From Iphione sp. A-MEVVRFRX5 (lineage: Eukaryota), in assembly GCA_976226885.1 (NCBI GenBank), contig OZ320314.1:20832001-20896000 (forward strand): a DNA stretch of 64,000 nucleotides. Reading direction: 5' to 3'. The position numbers and the translations under genes are program-made. Positions 1 to 13,700 of the stretch are shown here, piece after piece; the stretch's first letter is position 1; each line of letters opens with the position of its first letter. Below the pieces are notes generated by a model. It worked only from the letters and a program-made list of their open reading frames with translations, was not told where the DNA came from and did not search any database.

Positions 1-39
1 GAGAACCACCAGCCAGTGGACAGGAACTGGTTTGAGTGA
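1..39 (+). CDS. Possible C-terminal end of an upstream gene (…ENHQPVDRNWFE*)
   Basis: Frame 1 is open from the window edge to TGA at 37-39; 10 of 12 codons end in G/C, like the confident exons here. Too short to identify. Confidence 0.3.
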   Translation, partial: ENHQPVDRNWFE

Positions 40-1025
40 TCCCCCCCACTTTACCCACCTCGCCCGCCTGCTTCCCGTCCCCCGTACGTATCGGACTTCA
101 TGTTCGTCGACAGACGATGCGGGTCCTCTTATCGCTGTCACAGCAACAGAACCGGTCTGCCCGCAGGACGACAGCGGAGTGACCCACATTCTCTCGGTGG
201 CCAAGTGGTCCTTCGTAATAATGTCGGCAGATAACCATAGCAACGCGCCACGAACGGACATTGCTCGTTTCACGTGGCACCTGAATAAGCACAGCCAGGT
301 CTTATATCCGTTCGACAGACCTGAAGAGGTAAAGTACCCTGAGATATAAGATCGTGAAGAGGAAAACATTTTGGGGGTGGAATGGCTTCCACGTGCATCA
401 GTACATGTATTTGTGATGAACACGAAAAAAAATTAAAAAAAAGAGATTTCCTGTGGCTTCAGACCATTTCTAGAACGGCAGTAATTTGACGGAGTACATC
501 GTTGGTGAATTTATCTTATTAGAAGCTAGCTCTCCCTCTGTAGCCACACGACGGTCATAGTATTTGCTCTGAGCGGTACATCTGCAGTGGTGACTGTGCC
601 CCTAGCCACTGCTCGCAGTGACCGCTGGCAGTGGGTGGATTGTGATGGACGTGGCATTTGGTTATACGTAATCTTGCATTGCCATTATGGTGATTACCAT
701 ATAGCAGCGACGTGCCTAGCTTTAGCAGCTGTGTTATCGTCTGTTAAGACTTCTCCAAGACGCCGTGCTCTGTTATTTTACCTTAATGTAACTCATAAAT
801 ACAGCCATAATCGGTGTCTTGACCTATTTTTTCCAACCGAAATGCAAAAGCTTTCACGTCGGCATTCCCAAACTTAAGTTATCACACTGAACATTTGAAC
901 ATCGTGACAATTTCGGCTTTGCACGTAATGCTGAACAGCGGAATCTTGACAACGTCAATGCTAGTTTCGTTCTTTTTGGTGTTAACTCTGATTTGGTAGT
1001 TTTGGTACCTCACTATCCGCTGTGA

Positions 1026-1321
1026 TGCATATTTTCCATGTGTGCATGTTTTCACAGTGGTTTTTTTGGAGACTTTGGTATGCACGGGAGTGTTTCCATA
1101 CATGCTGGCAGCATGTAGTGTGTGCATATGTAGGATTTTTACAAATTGGAACTGTCCCAGTCTGCCATGTTTCCAGTTTGTTTTTTTGGGACATTATAGT
1201 AGTCGACTGAGGTGAGCAGTATAAACGCGGTACATATGCACACGTGCATGGCAACACGGTGCACGTTTCGCGGCACTTCATGATGCTCGAACATGATACA
1301 TGGGTGAATGGAAATTAAACC
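1026..1321 (-). mobile_element. MITE, family A (inverted, diverged copy of 43712-44013)
   Basis: The right end ATGGAAATTAAACC matches the family terminus ATGGAAATTAAGCC. The interior GTAGTGTGTGCATATGTAGGATTTTTACAAATTGGAACTGTCCCAGTCTGCCATG aligns by eye to the reverse complement of about 43850-43910. Confidence 0.65.
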
Positions 1322-4300
1322 TTACCAGCAATTAGCCACATGTGATGTACGATGATTTTTTCCCCGAAGCCCAGCAAACATATCTGGTGAGATTTAAAAA
1401 TGCAGCTGGTGTGATGTTGTTTATTATGCAGGGTATGTTACTCGACCAAAGAGAGGTGGAAGAGTTTAACAACTCATGTATTTCTAGGGCTCTCCATTAG
1501 AGGGGGAAGATTAGTGTGCAGGTGATACGGTGTGTTGGGTTTGTTCATCAACCAATGGAAAAGGATGGTTGCCGCTGGGAAGTATCGGAGGGGATGTATT
1601 TTTTATGGCAATTAATCAGGAGAAGAAACTGATTTTTAATGAGGTTTGAAAAGGGGTCTTTGTTGTGTTATAGGGTGGATTGTTAGTGGCAGAAAAGTTG
1701 GTCCAACTTTTTCATTTCCAGCCCCAGACCTCATGATTTGCATCACCATTGCACCCTGTCATTGACCAGTGGTGTTTCTGGGTCACCCATCGCCTGAGCC
1801 ATCCTAGAATTGGAGCCCTCATAACCAGAACAGCTGCCACCAGCAGACGTCCTAGGATAGCCTGCTTTAGCATTTCTCTCGTTCGAAAAAGGCGTATCTT
1901 GGCTACAACTTAAACCACGAATGCTTCAAACTACGTACATGCACATGTATCGAGTCCATTCTCACGTTTTACCGTATACATGTATTCATAAGTACCATTT
2001 TGCTTACTAAGGATAGTGTATTAACAAAAAACCAAGGTTTTCTGTGGTCCTCTTGTGATAACAGATCTGTCTACTGTTGAAAGCTGAGCAAGAGTAACGA
2101 GGCATTTTATTTCATTTTCGTTGTCTTCGGCGAGGCGGTAATGCATGACCTTATCCGTCCTGTCGCGATATAGGTCTACAGCATTCCGCATTTCATGACA
2201 TTTCCTGTTTCCTACCAGCGAGCGCACCGGAAGTTGTTTTCCATTCAATGTCCATAATGTATTGGATTTTTCGGGCGATATTTTGTCTTGAGGTGTTTGT
2301 CAGACATCATGGTGTACATGCATACGCATACGTTTACATTGTCCGTGTACATACTCTCATGAGTACAGGTACATCTTCATCACGTGCTCGTAGCACGTAG
2401 GGAGTGACTGTGATTGTGCTTTCCTGGGAATGAACCTGTGTGTATTGTCAGCTCGCTTTAGAAGTGTGTCGCAATAGACTTCCCACGCTGGGAAAATTTC
2501 CCAGAAGCAATACAATTCTAACATTGCGCTCCATCACATCCATCATACCCCCAATAGCTTCAGCTGAATTGGCTGGTGCGTATGTCGAATGCCTGTGAGG
2601 TGTGCGAGCTCAGGAGAACTGAGAAGAAGATGGTAGCACGTAATTTACGAACAATAACAATAGTTCTTTTCCCGGTCTTTTCAATTCACGAAGAATAGCA
2701 CACAGACTTCTGAAGGGCATCGCTGCAAGCAAGGCTTCGAGTGTGGGACTGTCCAGTGGGTCTGTGCCCAGACTGCTCATGGCACAGTTGTTGATGCTCT
2801 AATCATGGCCTGTGCTATTTTTAGTCTATACAGATTGTTCGATGTACTCGATGATGATGTGAATAGTTCCCAAGGAGGACGCCCCATCGAAGCACATGCG
2901 TCCTGAACGGTTTAATTTTTTGTCCTATTGTACTCCCGCCACGTTTCCGAGTAGAATGACGATTTAGGCTCATTTTCACTGTCTGCATACATTTATTTCT
3001 CATCAGTATCTTGATTCCATGTAGACCATGTACAAACAAGTACATGTACGTTTACTATCATTTTGGAGATATTTGCACAAAAAAGGAACATACTATGGGG
3101 AATCCACTTTTTCCAAATATGTACAATCCGGTCTTTTCCCAAGAACGTCTTACATACTTACAGAAAATTGTACCATCATACACAGATTTCCTGACCTTAT
3201 ATGGTGAAAATCACATGCACATATCTTCATCCTCACTGCCTATTCTTGTTCGACTTTCTGGATTCATGCACAATCCACATAGACAATGCATATATATCAA
3301 CTGCCACACAAATCGAAGGTGGGTTTAAAAGCGTGTGCTTCTTATCATCATAAAGTCTGCCGAGGATGCTTTCCGTGTATGTGTTCATACTTTCATATAT
3401 GCATTGCATATACTGGAAAGGTGGACATACATAGGTTTGAAGTATAGACGCAGATGTATGACAAGACAGTTAAATATTCCTGTATGAATATTTCCGTAGG
3501 TTAGAATACTGTGTATGTGTGCAACAACAAACATGGGTTGCAGTGTGTAGAATGACCGTCATAGATTGTGTTTCCATGAATGCATTTTTGGTGTGTGCAT
3601 GTTCAGTGAGCATTGTGTGCATACTGTGTGGATTTTAAAAATTTCTTCAAACTGGTCCTTAACTATGTACATGTATATTTTGTGTTTTGTTTAAATTTCC
3701 TTAAACTGATCTATGTCTGTAAATTGTGCAGTTTATTTACTAATGATGTGTCAAGTAAGTGCATGTACTTTGTACATGTATACATGTACCTGTTCTTAAC
3801 GCCATCTTCAATGCTCTGTGTACTTTCATGCATCTCTCTTCAGTTTTTTTGCTTGAAATTTACAAACATCCCTCACTCACGCATATCCCCTGCACCCATC
3901 AAAGCGCTCCTATGTACTCACATATGAGAAAACTTACCGACATGCACCCCGCATGTCTACACTCATAGAAGCGCCCCCTTAGTTGACTGAAATCTGAACA
4001 CATTACAATGTATTGCCGTTTTTTTTGGCCAGAAATGAAGAGAAAAGCATTTGTAAATTAGGTATCAGTTAAAGAGGAATGTTTAAGGTATTTTATCCGT
4101 GGAATCTTCAACAATCAGTTTACTCTCACTGTCAACGGTGAAGACAGCGGTGATGGATGAAACCAGCAGTTCCCTCGATCACTGACACCAACTTTATTAC
4201 CCCAACGGGGAGGGCGTGCGACACGGAATTGACCAAGCACCATTGTAATGATCATCAATTACAGCATTTAATCTTCGATCGAACGAAGTACACTGCAACG

Positions 4301-5750
4301 CCTACATCCTCAGCAATTGGGACGGTTGTACGGAGAGGAGCAATTGCTCATTCTTCCCATTTTCCCTGTGACTGGGAAGGTGGGTGATGTCCGCCCGCAT
4401 GGGGTTTGACGAAGGGGTCATTATGGAGCACGGGGCGTAGTATTGTATTTAAGTCACGTGTATGGAGTCTGTAGTGTTGCCCAAACCAATAACGTTTCCT
4501 GTGCCTAAAGTTGCCCTTACCTGTCACCTGTACACACATACAGACACACACACATACACACAGACATACGTCTAGATATCGCCGTTTGTGTTGGTCATTC
4601 AAGCCTTCACACGTGATCACAGTCGTATAGACAAACAAACAGGAGACGCACATTCATTGGTTGTAATTTGGATCCATTTGCAAAGCCATTATTCCTCGTT
4701 AGCCACAGCTGAGCAGGTAAACGAGACATTAATCACCGCCTTGCCCAGAATCGCCAGCATCGTCCATCACCCTCCGCAGGGATTCACTGAGTAGTACAGA
4801 ATCATTTAAGGAAAACATTTTCAGTACTCAAAGAAACACATCATCTGCGCAAGATGGATTTAGTTAACTTCAACCAATCGCTGTCATTAATTCGGATCAG
4901 TCTGTCCTGGTACGTAGGACCATGAACAATAGAAGTCATCCTGAATTGTCAATTAGAAGTTTAGTTGTGAATACCATCCCTAGTTTAGATGGGATTGCCT
5001 AAGTTAGTACAGGTGTCTTGTATGGTAAAAAAAACTGGCGATCTGTTTGCATTTTCCTGGTCAGGGTCTCCTGCATGCATAATTCTTTCATGAATATTTC
5101 TAGGCGGTTGGTTTCGAATGGATGACCTCTGGAGAACGGTGGAGGTGGTCGGCATAATTAAAGAGGTGGTGCGCCTCGACAACTGTTTGGCGTAGGTATG
5201 AAACACCCACCCCGTTCACCCCCTTTTTCATCCCCGTGTCCCGCTTTGATGCTATGTTCCTAGGTTAGGAACAGCAAATAGGCCACTGAATAGTCTCACC
5301 TGTGCTGGCTGATTGGCTGGGGGACACTAGAAAGTTACCGCCCACCAGACCAGAACAGCCCGTGGGCCTCGTGATGGCCTCCACGCAACCTGTTAGCAGG
5401 GATACACAGCTTCGGAGTTGAGCCTTGATATAGTTTCTGCCGACATGAGACTCCTGGCTGTTGTCGTTACAGCACATTGATGTTCTACAGGGGAAAAATG
5501 TAAGTTCCATCTACATTCATGTACCTTGAAATAGGTATGAGATACGCTACTCGACCAAACTTAGAGAGGAGAGCATAACATACCTCATGTGTTTATAGGG
5601 CCCACACGACGACCTTAGCTCCCACGCTCAGCAGCAGCAGCAGGCCTGACAAGAGGACAACTAGCGACAGACACAGGGACAGAGAGAGATACACACTGGC
5701 ACCATGGCACACACTGACACACTGTGATACATTGTGGCACACAGTGACAA

Positions 5751-5924
5751 NNNNNNNNNNNNNNNNNNNNNNNNNNNNNNNNNNNNNNNNNNNNNNNNNN
5801 NNNNNNNNNNNNNNNNNNNNNNNNNNNNNNNNNNNNNNNNNNNNNNNNNNNNNNNNNNNNNNNNNNNNNNNNNNNNNNNNNNNNNNNNNNNNNNNNNNNN
5901 NNNNNNNNNNNNNNNNNNNNNNNN
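5751..5924. other. Assembly gap (N run), with low-complexity CACA/GACA repeats on its left side
   Basis: Run of 174 N. Confidence 0.99.
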
Positions 5925-6190
5925 AGCTCAAGAGAGCGTCCAGCTTCGGGCTGGTTCTCTTTTAAGGACCACCTATTTTATATGCACTAGTTCGTGAATG
6001 ACAATTTGCTGTAAACGTTCTCTCCCGTCGTCACCCTGTGAATGTCTTGTCTCGCGCAGCATTGTCTCAGAAATCCCAACACATCCGTCTATATTACATT
6101 ATTCAAACCGGAGCATAGTTCATATTTTCACATAGCCAGTCTGTACGTCATTCATCCATATTCCAAGGAGATGGGAACTAGACCGGTCAG

Positions 6191-6352
6191 CTGTGCAGAG
6201 ATGCCAGCGGCCACTGTGGTCTTCTCTCGTTCAAAAGGGCGTGGCGTGAGAAACCACACGACCCCAGACCCGAGTCTGAAACGGCAGCTCGAGGTCATCG
6301 CAGCCTGGACGAGGAGGAGGAGGAGGCACTGACCGTCTCGGTGGACGGATGG
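6191..6352 (+). CDS. Weak candidate coding exon (…AWREKPHDPRPESETAARGHRSLDEEEEEALTVSVDGW), phase 0-0
   Basis: Open frame of 54 codons, CpG-rich, with donor TGG|GTGGGT. The acceptor (ggtcag|) has no pyrimidine tract and there is no in-frame ATG. Confidence 0.2.
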
Positions 6353-6402
6353 GTGGGTTTCTGATTCCCTTACCCATTCCTGGGACTCTTCATCCCGAGG
6401 CT

Positions 6403-6444
6403 ATGGACGTGAATAATGATAAATGTGCCAGCGAAGGAGACAGG
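6403..6444 (+). CDS. Candidate first coding exon MDVNNDKCASEGDR, phase-0 donor
   Basis: gctATGG start context, 14 open codons, then a strong donor AGG|GTGAGA. Its splice partner is unresolved. Confidence 0.3.
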
Positions 6445-7269
6445 GTGAGAACGACCGTATAGCAGTCGGTGGTACGGACGGCTTAAAGCCCGATAGTAAT
6501 TTATAGTGCTGCTTGCTCGGTGACCGGCTGGTGGTGCTTGGCCTCCTAGCAGCAGATGTGCGCGCTACCGGGCTGGGCTGCCCATCATCGCCTTTGTTAT
6601 CCCCTCGCAAGTTCAGCTTGTAGTCTGTAAATAAATGGGATCTCACTCCATTCAGAAAACCCCTTAGGGCTGGTTTCCATTCTTGCGTTAATGCCTTGTG
6701 TTGCGTTCGTGTTGCATATGCATTGTTGGTTTTCGGGTAGTGCGCATTAATGGCATGGAACTGCATGCAAATACTTGAGTAGCAAGTGGTTAGAAGGAGG
6801 CTGTGTGGTAGACAATCCGGCATAGTTGCGTATATTTCCACACATTCCACGAGTTATTTATGCTGTAGTGTGGTCTTTTTCTGTTGTTCGTTTTTTACCA
6901 GTGATATTTACACTGGACCATAATTGCCCTCGTCCATTGCATGTGCGTTGTGTTGCTTCTTCATTGACTGAAATGATGCATGGGAACACAGGCAGATGTT
7001 TTTTTGCTCGCATTTGCATTTTGTCATTTCCCATTGTTCTTCATTGTGTGGCTGTGTCTGAGGAATTTGCATTTTTCCCTGCAAATATCCCGAATTTTTT
7101 TGCTGATGACCTGAATTTGTGCCAGATTTCTTGAAATGTCTTGAATTTGTGTCATCCTGTGGGAATTCTGCGGTTTTTATCTAAACAGTTCCAAATATTT
7201 TTCATGTGCTTTAGTGATACTAAGTCTGACCCTAGGCCCGACTTCCATATCCTCCTACATGTGTGTTTG

Positions 7270-7356
7270 TATAAAATTTAAGAGGAATGTTAGTCTTTGA
7301 GCAATCGAGGTCAACGCCTCAACACAGCACAAGGGCAACACACAGGCACAACTCAG
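7270..7356 (+). promoter_or_regulatory. Candidate TATA promoter plus short, probably non-coding first exon
   Basis: TATAAAA at 7270-7276 and a strong donor CAG|GTATGA at 7356/7357. Confidence 0.25.
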
Positions 7357-8954
7357 GTATGAAAACTCCTCCACTGACTGTGCCTAGTCTAGTATTAATG
7401 CAAGTATAGAAACAGTCCCTTACCCACATGGACATCAGTCACCTACCATTGCTGCTACAAAGGTTGGTGGCTGGGACGGGGCGGGCCGACTGGCCCTTTA
7501 GCAGTGTATAAATTGATGTTTCGTTGGGAGTGCGGATGTACTAGTCAGGTTGCTGTCTTGTTTGGTGGGTCGTTTTGCAGAACAAAATTAGCGGGTAGGT
7601 GAAGGTGTGGAGCTAGTGCATCATCACCAAGCGATTCTTTTGCGGGAGGCAGTTATGTAAGTAATCCTCAGTTTTCGATGGGCAAGATGTGCTGTGTTAA
7701 TGTCTGTGTTATCTGCCCGATGTACGAAGCCGCCGTATCATTACCAGCGACAAGTCTTTCATTTGGAGCACTTTAGAGAAGACATCGGTTTGCCTCCATG
7801 GGTTTATGGTCTCCGCTTACGTTTCGTATATGCTGCTTGCTTTTGAAGGAGAAGCAGCTTACAGAGGACTCGCGAGTGTGCATCTAGTTTTCCTGTTGTG
7901 CGAACTGAGGCTATACACATAAGCTCCGTCGTGTAGCTTTTCTCTCTTGACAATGGGTGGTTTAAAAAGCTCTCTTTTACACCTATTTCTCGATGATAGT
8001 TCGTTATCTGAAGCCGTTCCACCCGTTCCAGTTTGTAGGTATGTTTAGCATCAAGTGCCTGTAACATTAATTTTTTTGCTGAAATATCTAGATGCGGTCA
8101 TTGCGTGTGTTACTTAACCCCCAAATGCACAAGTTAGGCGGAATGTGTATGCAGTATACACGTAATATACACTGTGTATGTTATTTGAAAGAGTGATACA
8201 TATAGTTTCACAGCAACGTACAAAAGTTTCCCTTGCATTTGAGATGAATGAGAACAAATATGTAAGTGAAAGGCAGGGAAAGGATGTCAGCAGTATTTTT
8301 TTAACCCACAAGACAGAAAAATGACGTTTCATTTGTATTCTTGAGATGAAGAAACTTAGCAGATCAGATCACAGTTAACCAGATGCATCTGTAGGGAGAT
8401 GAACACCGCTACTGATGACACAAGTCACTCCCTCTGACCGACTTCAGCAGTACGGTCGAACGCCCCCTGGCGGACACGTCTCCAATGCGACCGCGTCTGA
8501 AATGTAGACGATTGAGCTCAGAACGGATTCGTATTCCATAGTTAATCTATATAACTAGATGTCTATAACCAGGATAGTAGTTATCACGCGATGTCCGGCT
8601 GCGGACAAGGTGTCGAGGAACGTGTGAGAACATCAGAGGGACAATGTGAGCAAGGTGTGAGTGACCTAGTGATGCCCGTCGCTCTTGAGGGATTGGACCG
8701 CAAATCTGCAAGTCCGCGAATCGGCGAGTGTATACTGCCAGAGATGTAACCCCTCAGATGGCCTAGCACACGAGTCGGGAGACTAGGCAGATGTTGGCCA
8801 AAATTTGACAGGACAGAACGGTGAAGTTGCAGTGTCTTTGGCAGAATGTACATTCAAATGTCACCCGCTGGAGTTCCCATCCGGCCTACTGCGTTGCATG
8901 TAGGAGATGTAGTAAACAGGACATACAAAGAACAGGCTTCAAGACATGATGATA

Positions 8955-9301
8955 GGGCCAAAAAATAATAGGTGTGTTTCTGGTAACCCACCCCTACCTA
9001 GTAAAACCTCACCCGACCTAAAACTTTTTTTGCCCCAAAGAGATTCCAAGGCGAAATCACCTTAGATATGTGTTTTCACGACACATGTTTTGGGTAAATT
9101 TAGTAGAAAAACAACAAAACCCATGAAAATTCACCAAAAAACTGTAAAACTCAGAGATTAGTCAAAATTCTTTATATTGTCTTTATTATTATTGAAAACC
9201 AGAGAAAGAAAGTGGAAAATCATTTTAAAAAAGGTACCCCCCTCCCTACCTAGGTTTTTGGCTGGTTGTGACCAGAAACACACCTATTTTTTGGGGGGGC
9301 C
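8955..9301. mobile_element. MITE / non-autonomous DNA transposon with imperfect TIRs and TA flanks
   Basis: Left end ta|GGGCCAAAAAATAATAGGTGTGTTTCTGGT and right end ACCAGAAACACACCTATTTTTTGGGGGGGCC|ta are inverted repeats around an AT-rich non-coding interior. Confidence 0.8.
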
Positions 9302-9716
9302 TAGCCACTTCAAGGAAATCCAAGATGCAAAGCACCTAGATGCCGTGCATTTTACAGAAGTCAAAGACAGCAGGTCTCAGAAAAATCGAAATACACAGTA
9401 CATGGGCTCCAGTCACAACTCCGTTAGGATCAAATGCCACCACTAGATGGAGTAACAATCGATCAGCGTCCTGTTTCATTGAGGTCATATAGCCTCATAA
9501 AAATCTTTTCTTTTCTTTTTGTCAAGTAATGGAAACACGCTAATGGATTAACCAGTGATAACCAGTGGAGCCGGTTGAGCCTCTGCCCAAATATCTTACT
9601 ACCCCCCTGAACTGTTGACCGATCCACCAGAAACAAGTTAAAGGGTGCCGTATAATTTCTGTAAAATTTAAGTTGAAAGTAAAGCGTTTCTTTGTGTAAC
9701 ATAGGTGGTTCAGGAA

Positions 9717-10026
9717 GGCTGCGTTCACATGTATCCGGTTTTTTTCCCAAACGGATACAGACCCATAGACAGATATTATCAGATCCATAGCAGTTGTACT
9801 AAACAGTTTATATGTATCCTTTTCAAAACAGATACAGCCCCGGGTCCCTTTTCAAAACACATCCAGGACAGATTTTGTATGGCCTTGGGTGTGTTTTCCA
9901 TACGAAATAAAGTTGACGAGACATCTGGTATTACATATGGAAGGCCTTAAAATAAACACAGCAGATGGTTTTATATGTCTCTGGACCTGTAGACATTTTT
10001 TCCCTACGGATGCATGTGAAGGGGTC
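9717..10026. mobile_element. MITE, family B (related to 42968-43268)
   Basis: Left GGCTGCGTTCACATGTATCCG and right CGGATGCATGTGAAGGGGTC are imperfect inverted termini with the same TTCACATGTATCC core as 42968-43268. An extra terminus-like CATATGGAAGGCCTTA near 9934-9949 suggests a compound element. Confidence 0.6.
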
Positions 10027-10722
10027 TTAGACATGCAGTAGTGATTTCATATTCCACTAAACATTTCACTTGAGGTTCAGACCTCACCAACCACCTTGTT
10101 CTCACAGTGTATGATTATTTATTAAGGAATCAAGACCCAGCGAAAGCTGTTGAGGACCTTCTATTTTAAGTCATGCCTTCGGCGAATACCCAAAGGCCCT
10201 ATTCTAACTAGTTCCAGAATATTTACAAAGAAGACTGATGAATTGAAAGAAAAGGCTGACGAAATACCAACAGAAAGTGTAAATGGGTTTTAAAAAATGG
10301 TACTCTTGACACGGGTCTGAGGGACATACTTCCTGTAGCACAAGCACCCATCATGTTTTGGGGCTTGTAGGTGTGATGAGCTGTATTTGTGGGCAGGGAA
10401 CATCCTGTTGCTTAGTTTGTGTAACAGTAGAAACTGGACAGTCCTAGCAAGCATAAAGACAGATAGTCGGTTCCACCTTTCTGCGAGAAAAACTTAACCT
10501 ATTGGGTTTCGTTTCATGAACATATTTCTGTAAAAAATATGTACATATATACAAAACAGTTTGCATATATTGCTTTATCCTTCCTAGTGCACACATGGAA
10601 TCAAATTTACCAATGTAATTCCAAGCTTCCTGATATGTAAAATCTTGTATTGTTACTTAAAGTGTTTGTAATATCTAGTTTGTAAGCACCAACGCGTAAG
10701 AATTTCACAATTTTACTCTATC

Positions 10723-10749
10723 TTTCGGGGTGAGTGGAACCCTCTTCAG
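10723..10749 (-). other. Degenerate hammerhead-ribozyme-like core
   Basis: Minus strand reads CTGAAGA-GGGT-TCCACTC-ACCC-C-GAAA. Stems I and III do not close properly. Confidence 0.25.
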
Positions 10750-13700
10750 TAAGAAGTGCATTTCACTTGGCACCTAGAACATCCGTAAACAATTTGAAGA
10801 TGGGTTCATCCCTTTTTCATAATCATACGTCAGCCCAATGTAGGTGTTCTTGTACATGTATATCCGTCTGAATACTAGCCGCACTACATCAGTTTGAGAC
10901 CTGGAAGTAAACAAAGAAGATTTCGGGATAGGGTGCAATCCTTACTACTGCATTCTGTAAAATTACAGCATGTAGAGTGATAGTTGTAGATATAGTTTGA
11001 TATCTGCTGGGTAATTTGAGAACATCAATTCAAGATGCACTGGAACCGATCTTGAGAAACGCGACTGTTGAGTGGCCATTCAGATTGAAATAATCGGCGC
11101 AGGGTCTGGCTGGGTTCCACCTCTAGAGTTTTTTCCAAATTGCACACATTGACGTAGATAGTATAACTGTTCAAATTGGTTGATTTGACTCAGTATTTTG
11201 GAGTTAAAATTGGTTTTAGAGGACAGGATAAACACTTTGGCACAGACCCATTGAAGAATGTTTTATTTTACACATGCCTCTCGGAACTACATGCAGTTTT
11301 CAAATCCGCCATCCATGTTGTATTCACCATTTTCGATGGGACCTTATGGACTCCATCGCCTCCCCGCCCTATCCCCCCCGCTTCCTGAGTACCTGTATTT
11401 ACAGGGAGCACCTTCCATATGACGACCCTACCTGTATTGTGTACGCGCTCATTCCGATTCTGTGCAACACTTCGCGAGGGTTTCGCGCCAGAAGTCTCTA
11501 CAAAACAACAGAAGAATCGGAAGGTAGTGAAGTGTATGAGTGCTTCTGTTTAATCTGGCAGGCACTGTTGGGCGTGTTGCCAAGATGGAGAGGGTGCTGC
11601 TTTTAAGAGAGCAGCGTTATTGATTGAAATTACTTGTGTAGTTATGAATCATGATTGTAAGAAATATTCAAATTGTGAAAGAGTTGGAAGGCGGGCGTGA
11701 CGTTCATTCACCTGTGATTAGTTGCTGAATAATTGCATCCTCAATCGTTGTGAAAATCGGTTGAACGCGCGGAGAAAAAAACAATACAAGACGGAAAACA
11801 TCTGTTGTAGATATTGCCCCCTACACAGAGAGTGCACTGAGAAATGTTTTCCCCATTTCATAGCGGAAGGTTCCGAATGTGACGTTTACTTTTTATCCCC
11901 GTTTTTCATTTTAAAGGGACAGTTAGTTCATGGGAGTTCCTCGGTAATCTAACCAGTTTCAGTACACTACAGTTGAAACAGGGCCGACCCGATGGTCAAT
12001 ACGATGTAGAACTTGAATCTTATTGATGCAGTCATTAAGCCCACTGAACTTCCCTGGCGGGGAATGATAAATTAAGTTGGTTTGTGACCCATCAATCAGT
12101 GGGGGTAAAGCCCTCTCTCTCTCACGTGGCCCGGCCAGCGGCAGCCCGCTCGCACCTGAGCGTCGGCCCCGCTTTTACCGGCCGCTACTAATGACCTGTG
12201 CAAATTGCAGCGCCACAATATGCACCTTTTGTCGGTGGGGCGAAACCGCACGGCCCAAATTAAAACATAGCTGACAGGTGTTAAAATACGGTGGCCTTGT
12301 GGTACCTGGCGAGGTGGATCTTGACGGAAGACCACCAGCGATTGTTGCGGTCGGCGTGCAGGCCTGGATATCAGGGCGGTCTTTTGATCAGGTTTCCATA
12401 CATTGACAGGCGATCGACTTGGCTTAAGTGCTCGTCTTTTTACCCTTCGTACCTCTCCCGCCGGGCTGGTCTTATTACCTCCCACCAAAGCCTTGTTATG
12501 CCACCGCCAGGGGCCGCAGCAGGTACTGATCTTTTTACAGCGTTCGACCCATTCATCGAGAAAGGAGTGACCAGTGGCTCCACATCGCGCGAAAACCGTT
12601 GAACGTGCGTGGTACGTTCTATCGTCTCGATCACGTAGATCAATTTTTTTTCTCGACGTTTTAACCAGAACCCCCCACCGATGTGATAATTCTCGTCCCT
12701 AACAAACAGCACAAGTGTCCAGCCACGAATGATTGAAACTGTTGGAATATCTGAACGGTCTTTGTGTACATTGAAGAGGTTTCTCGTTCCGTTCAGAGGA
12801 GAAGTGCCGGCCGCATTTTTGAAGTTTGTTTTAAACCTATTTTAAGAACATTGTCGTGGAGACGGTGCTTAACAGAATGTTGGTTTAAGGCTAAGTATGA
12901 ACAGACAACCAACACTACGGGCTCCTCTGATGGGTTCGTGATGGACATGGGTTGTGAGGCGGAAGATGAGATCTGACCGCACACAGAGCACCCAACAGGT
13001 TCTCAAGAGAAATCCTGTGTGCATACCACTTCACTCAAAGTAATCCTGTTAGCCCGTATGTCACGCGGAGATGGGATAACAGCCCACCAAAGACCACTTT
13101 GGCTCACCCTACTTTCCTTGTAGTGGGGTACAATCTCCAATTACGATGAAGCGCGCGATTTCTCCGGTATAATTTTTAGCGGTTTGATCATTTATTTTTG
13201 CGCAAGAACTGCCTGTAGGGACAGAAATTTATGTACATGTATATATTCACGTATACTTTTTATTGATACTCTAAGCATACCCAAGCATACCCAAGTAAAT
13301 GGAGATCAAAAGCTTGAATAGAGCTGAGAATTGATTGAATGACATGAAAGAGATGAAAGAGGATATACATGTATACATATGTTTACTGTTATGTCACCAG
13401 GAACTATTTCAGTACTCCAAGTTCTTAAAAAAATCATGCAAAAAAACTATTTTTTCTTGGTTAAAAAAAGGTTTTCTACCTCAAAGGAATACATGTTTAT
13501 AGCAACAAATATTTAGATATATGTGAGTTATTTCAGTGTATGTGTATATATGAGATTGTAATGTATGCTAATTCTCGTACATGTTTGGAATGGCCTGTGC
13601 ATGTATATGAATTCATCGTCACATTAATGATTTACAAACTCATTTTCAACGAAACCTTTCAAGCAGATGTGATCGTACAATTAAAATTGTTCGCCTAAGG

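Noticed and set aside
8590-8950. Interrupted coding-like stretch MSGCGQGVEERV…
   Set aside because: Multiple stops and no recognisable transposon or protein motif.
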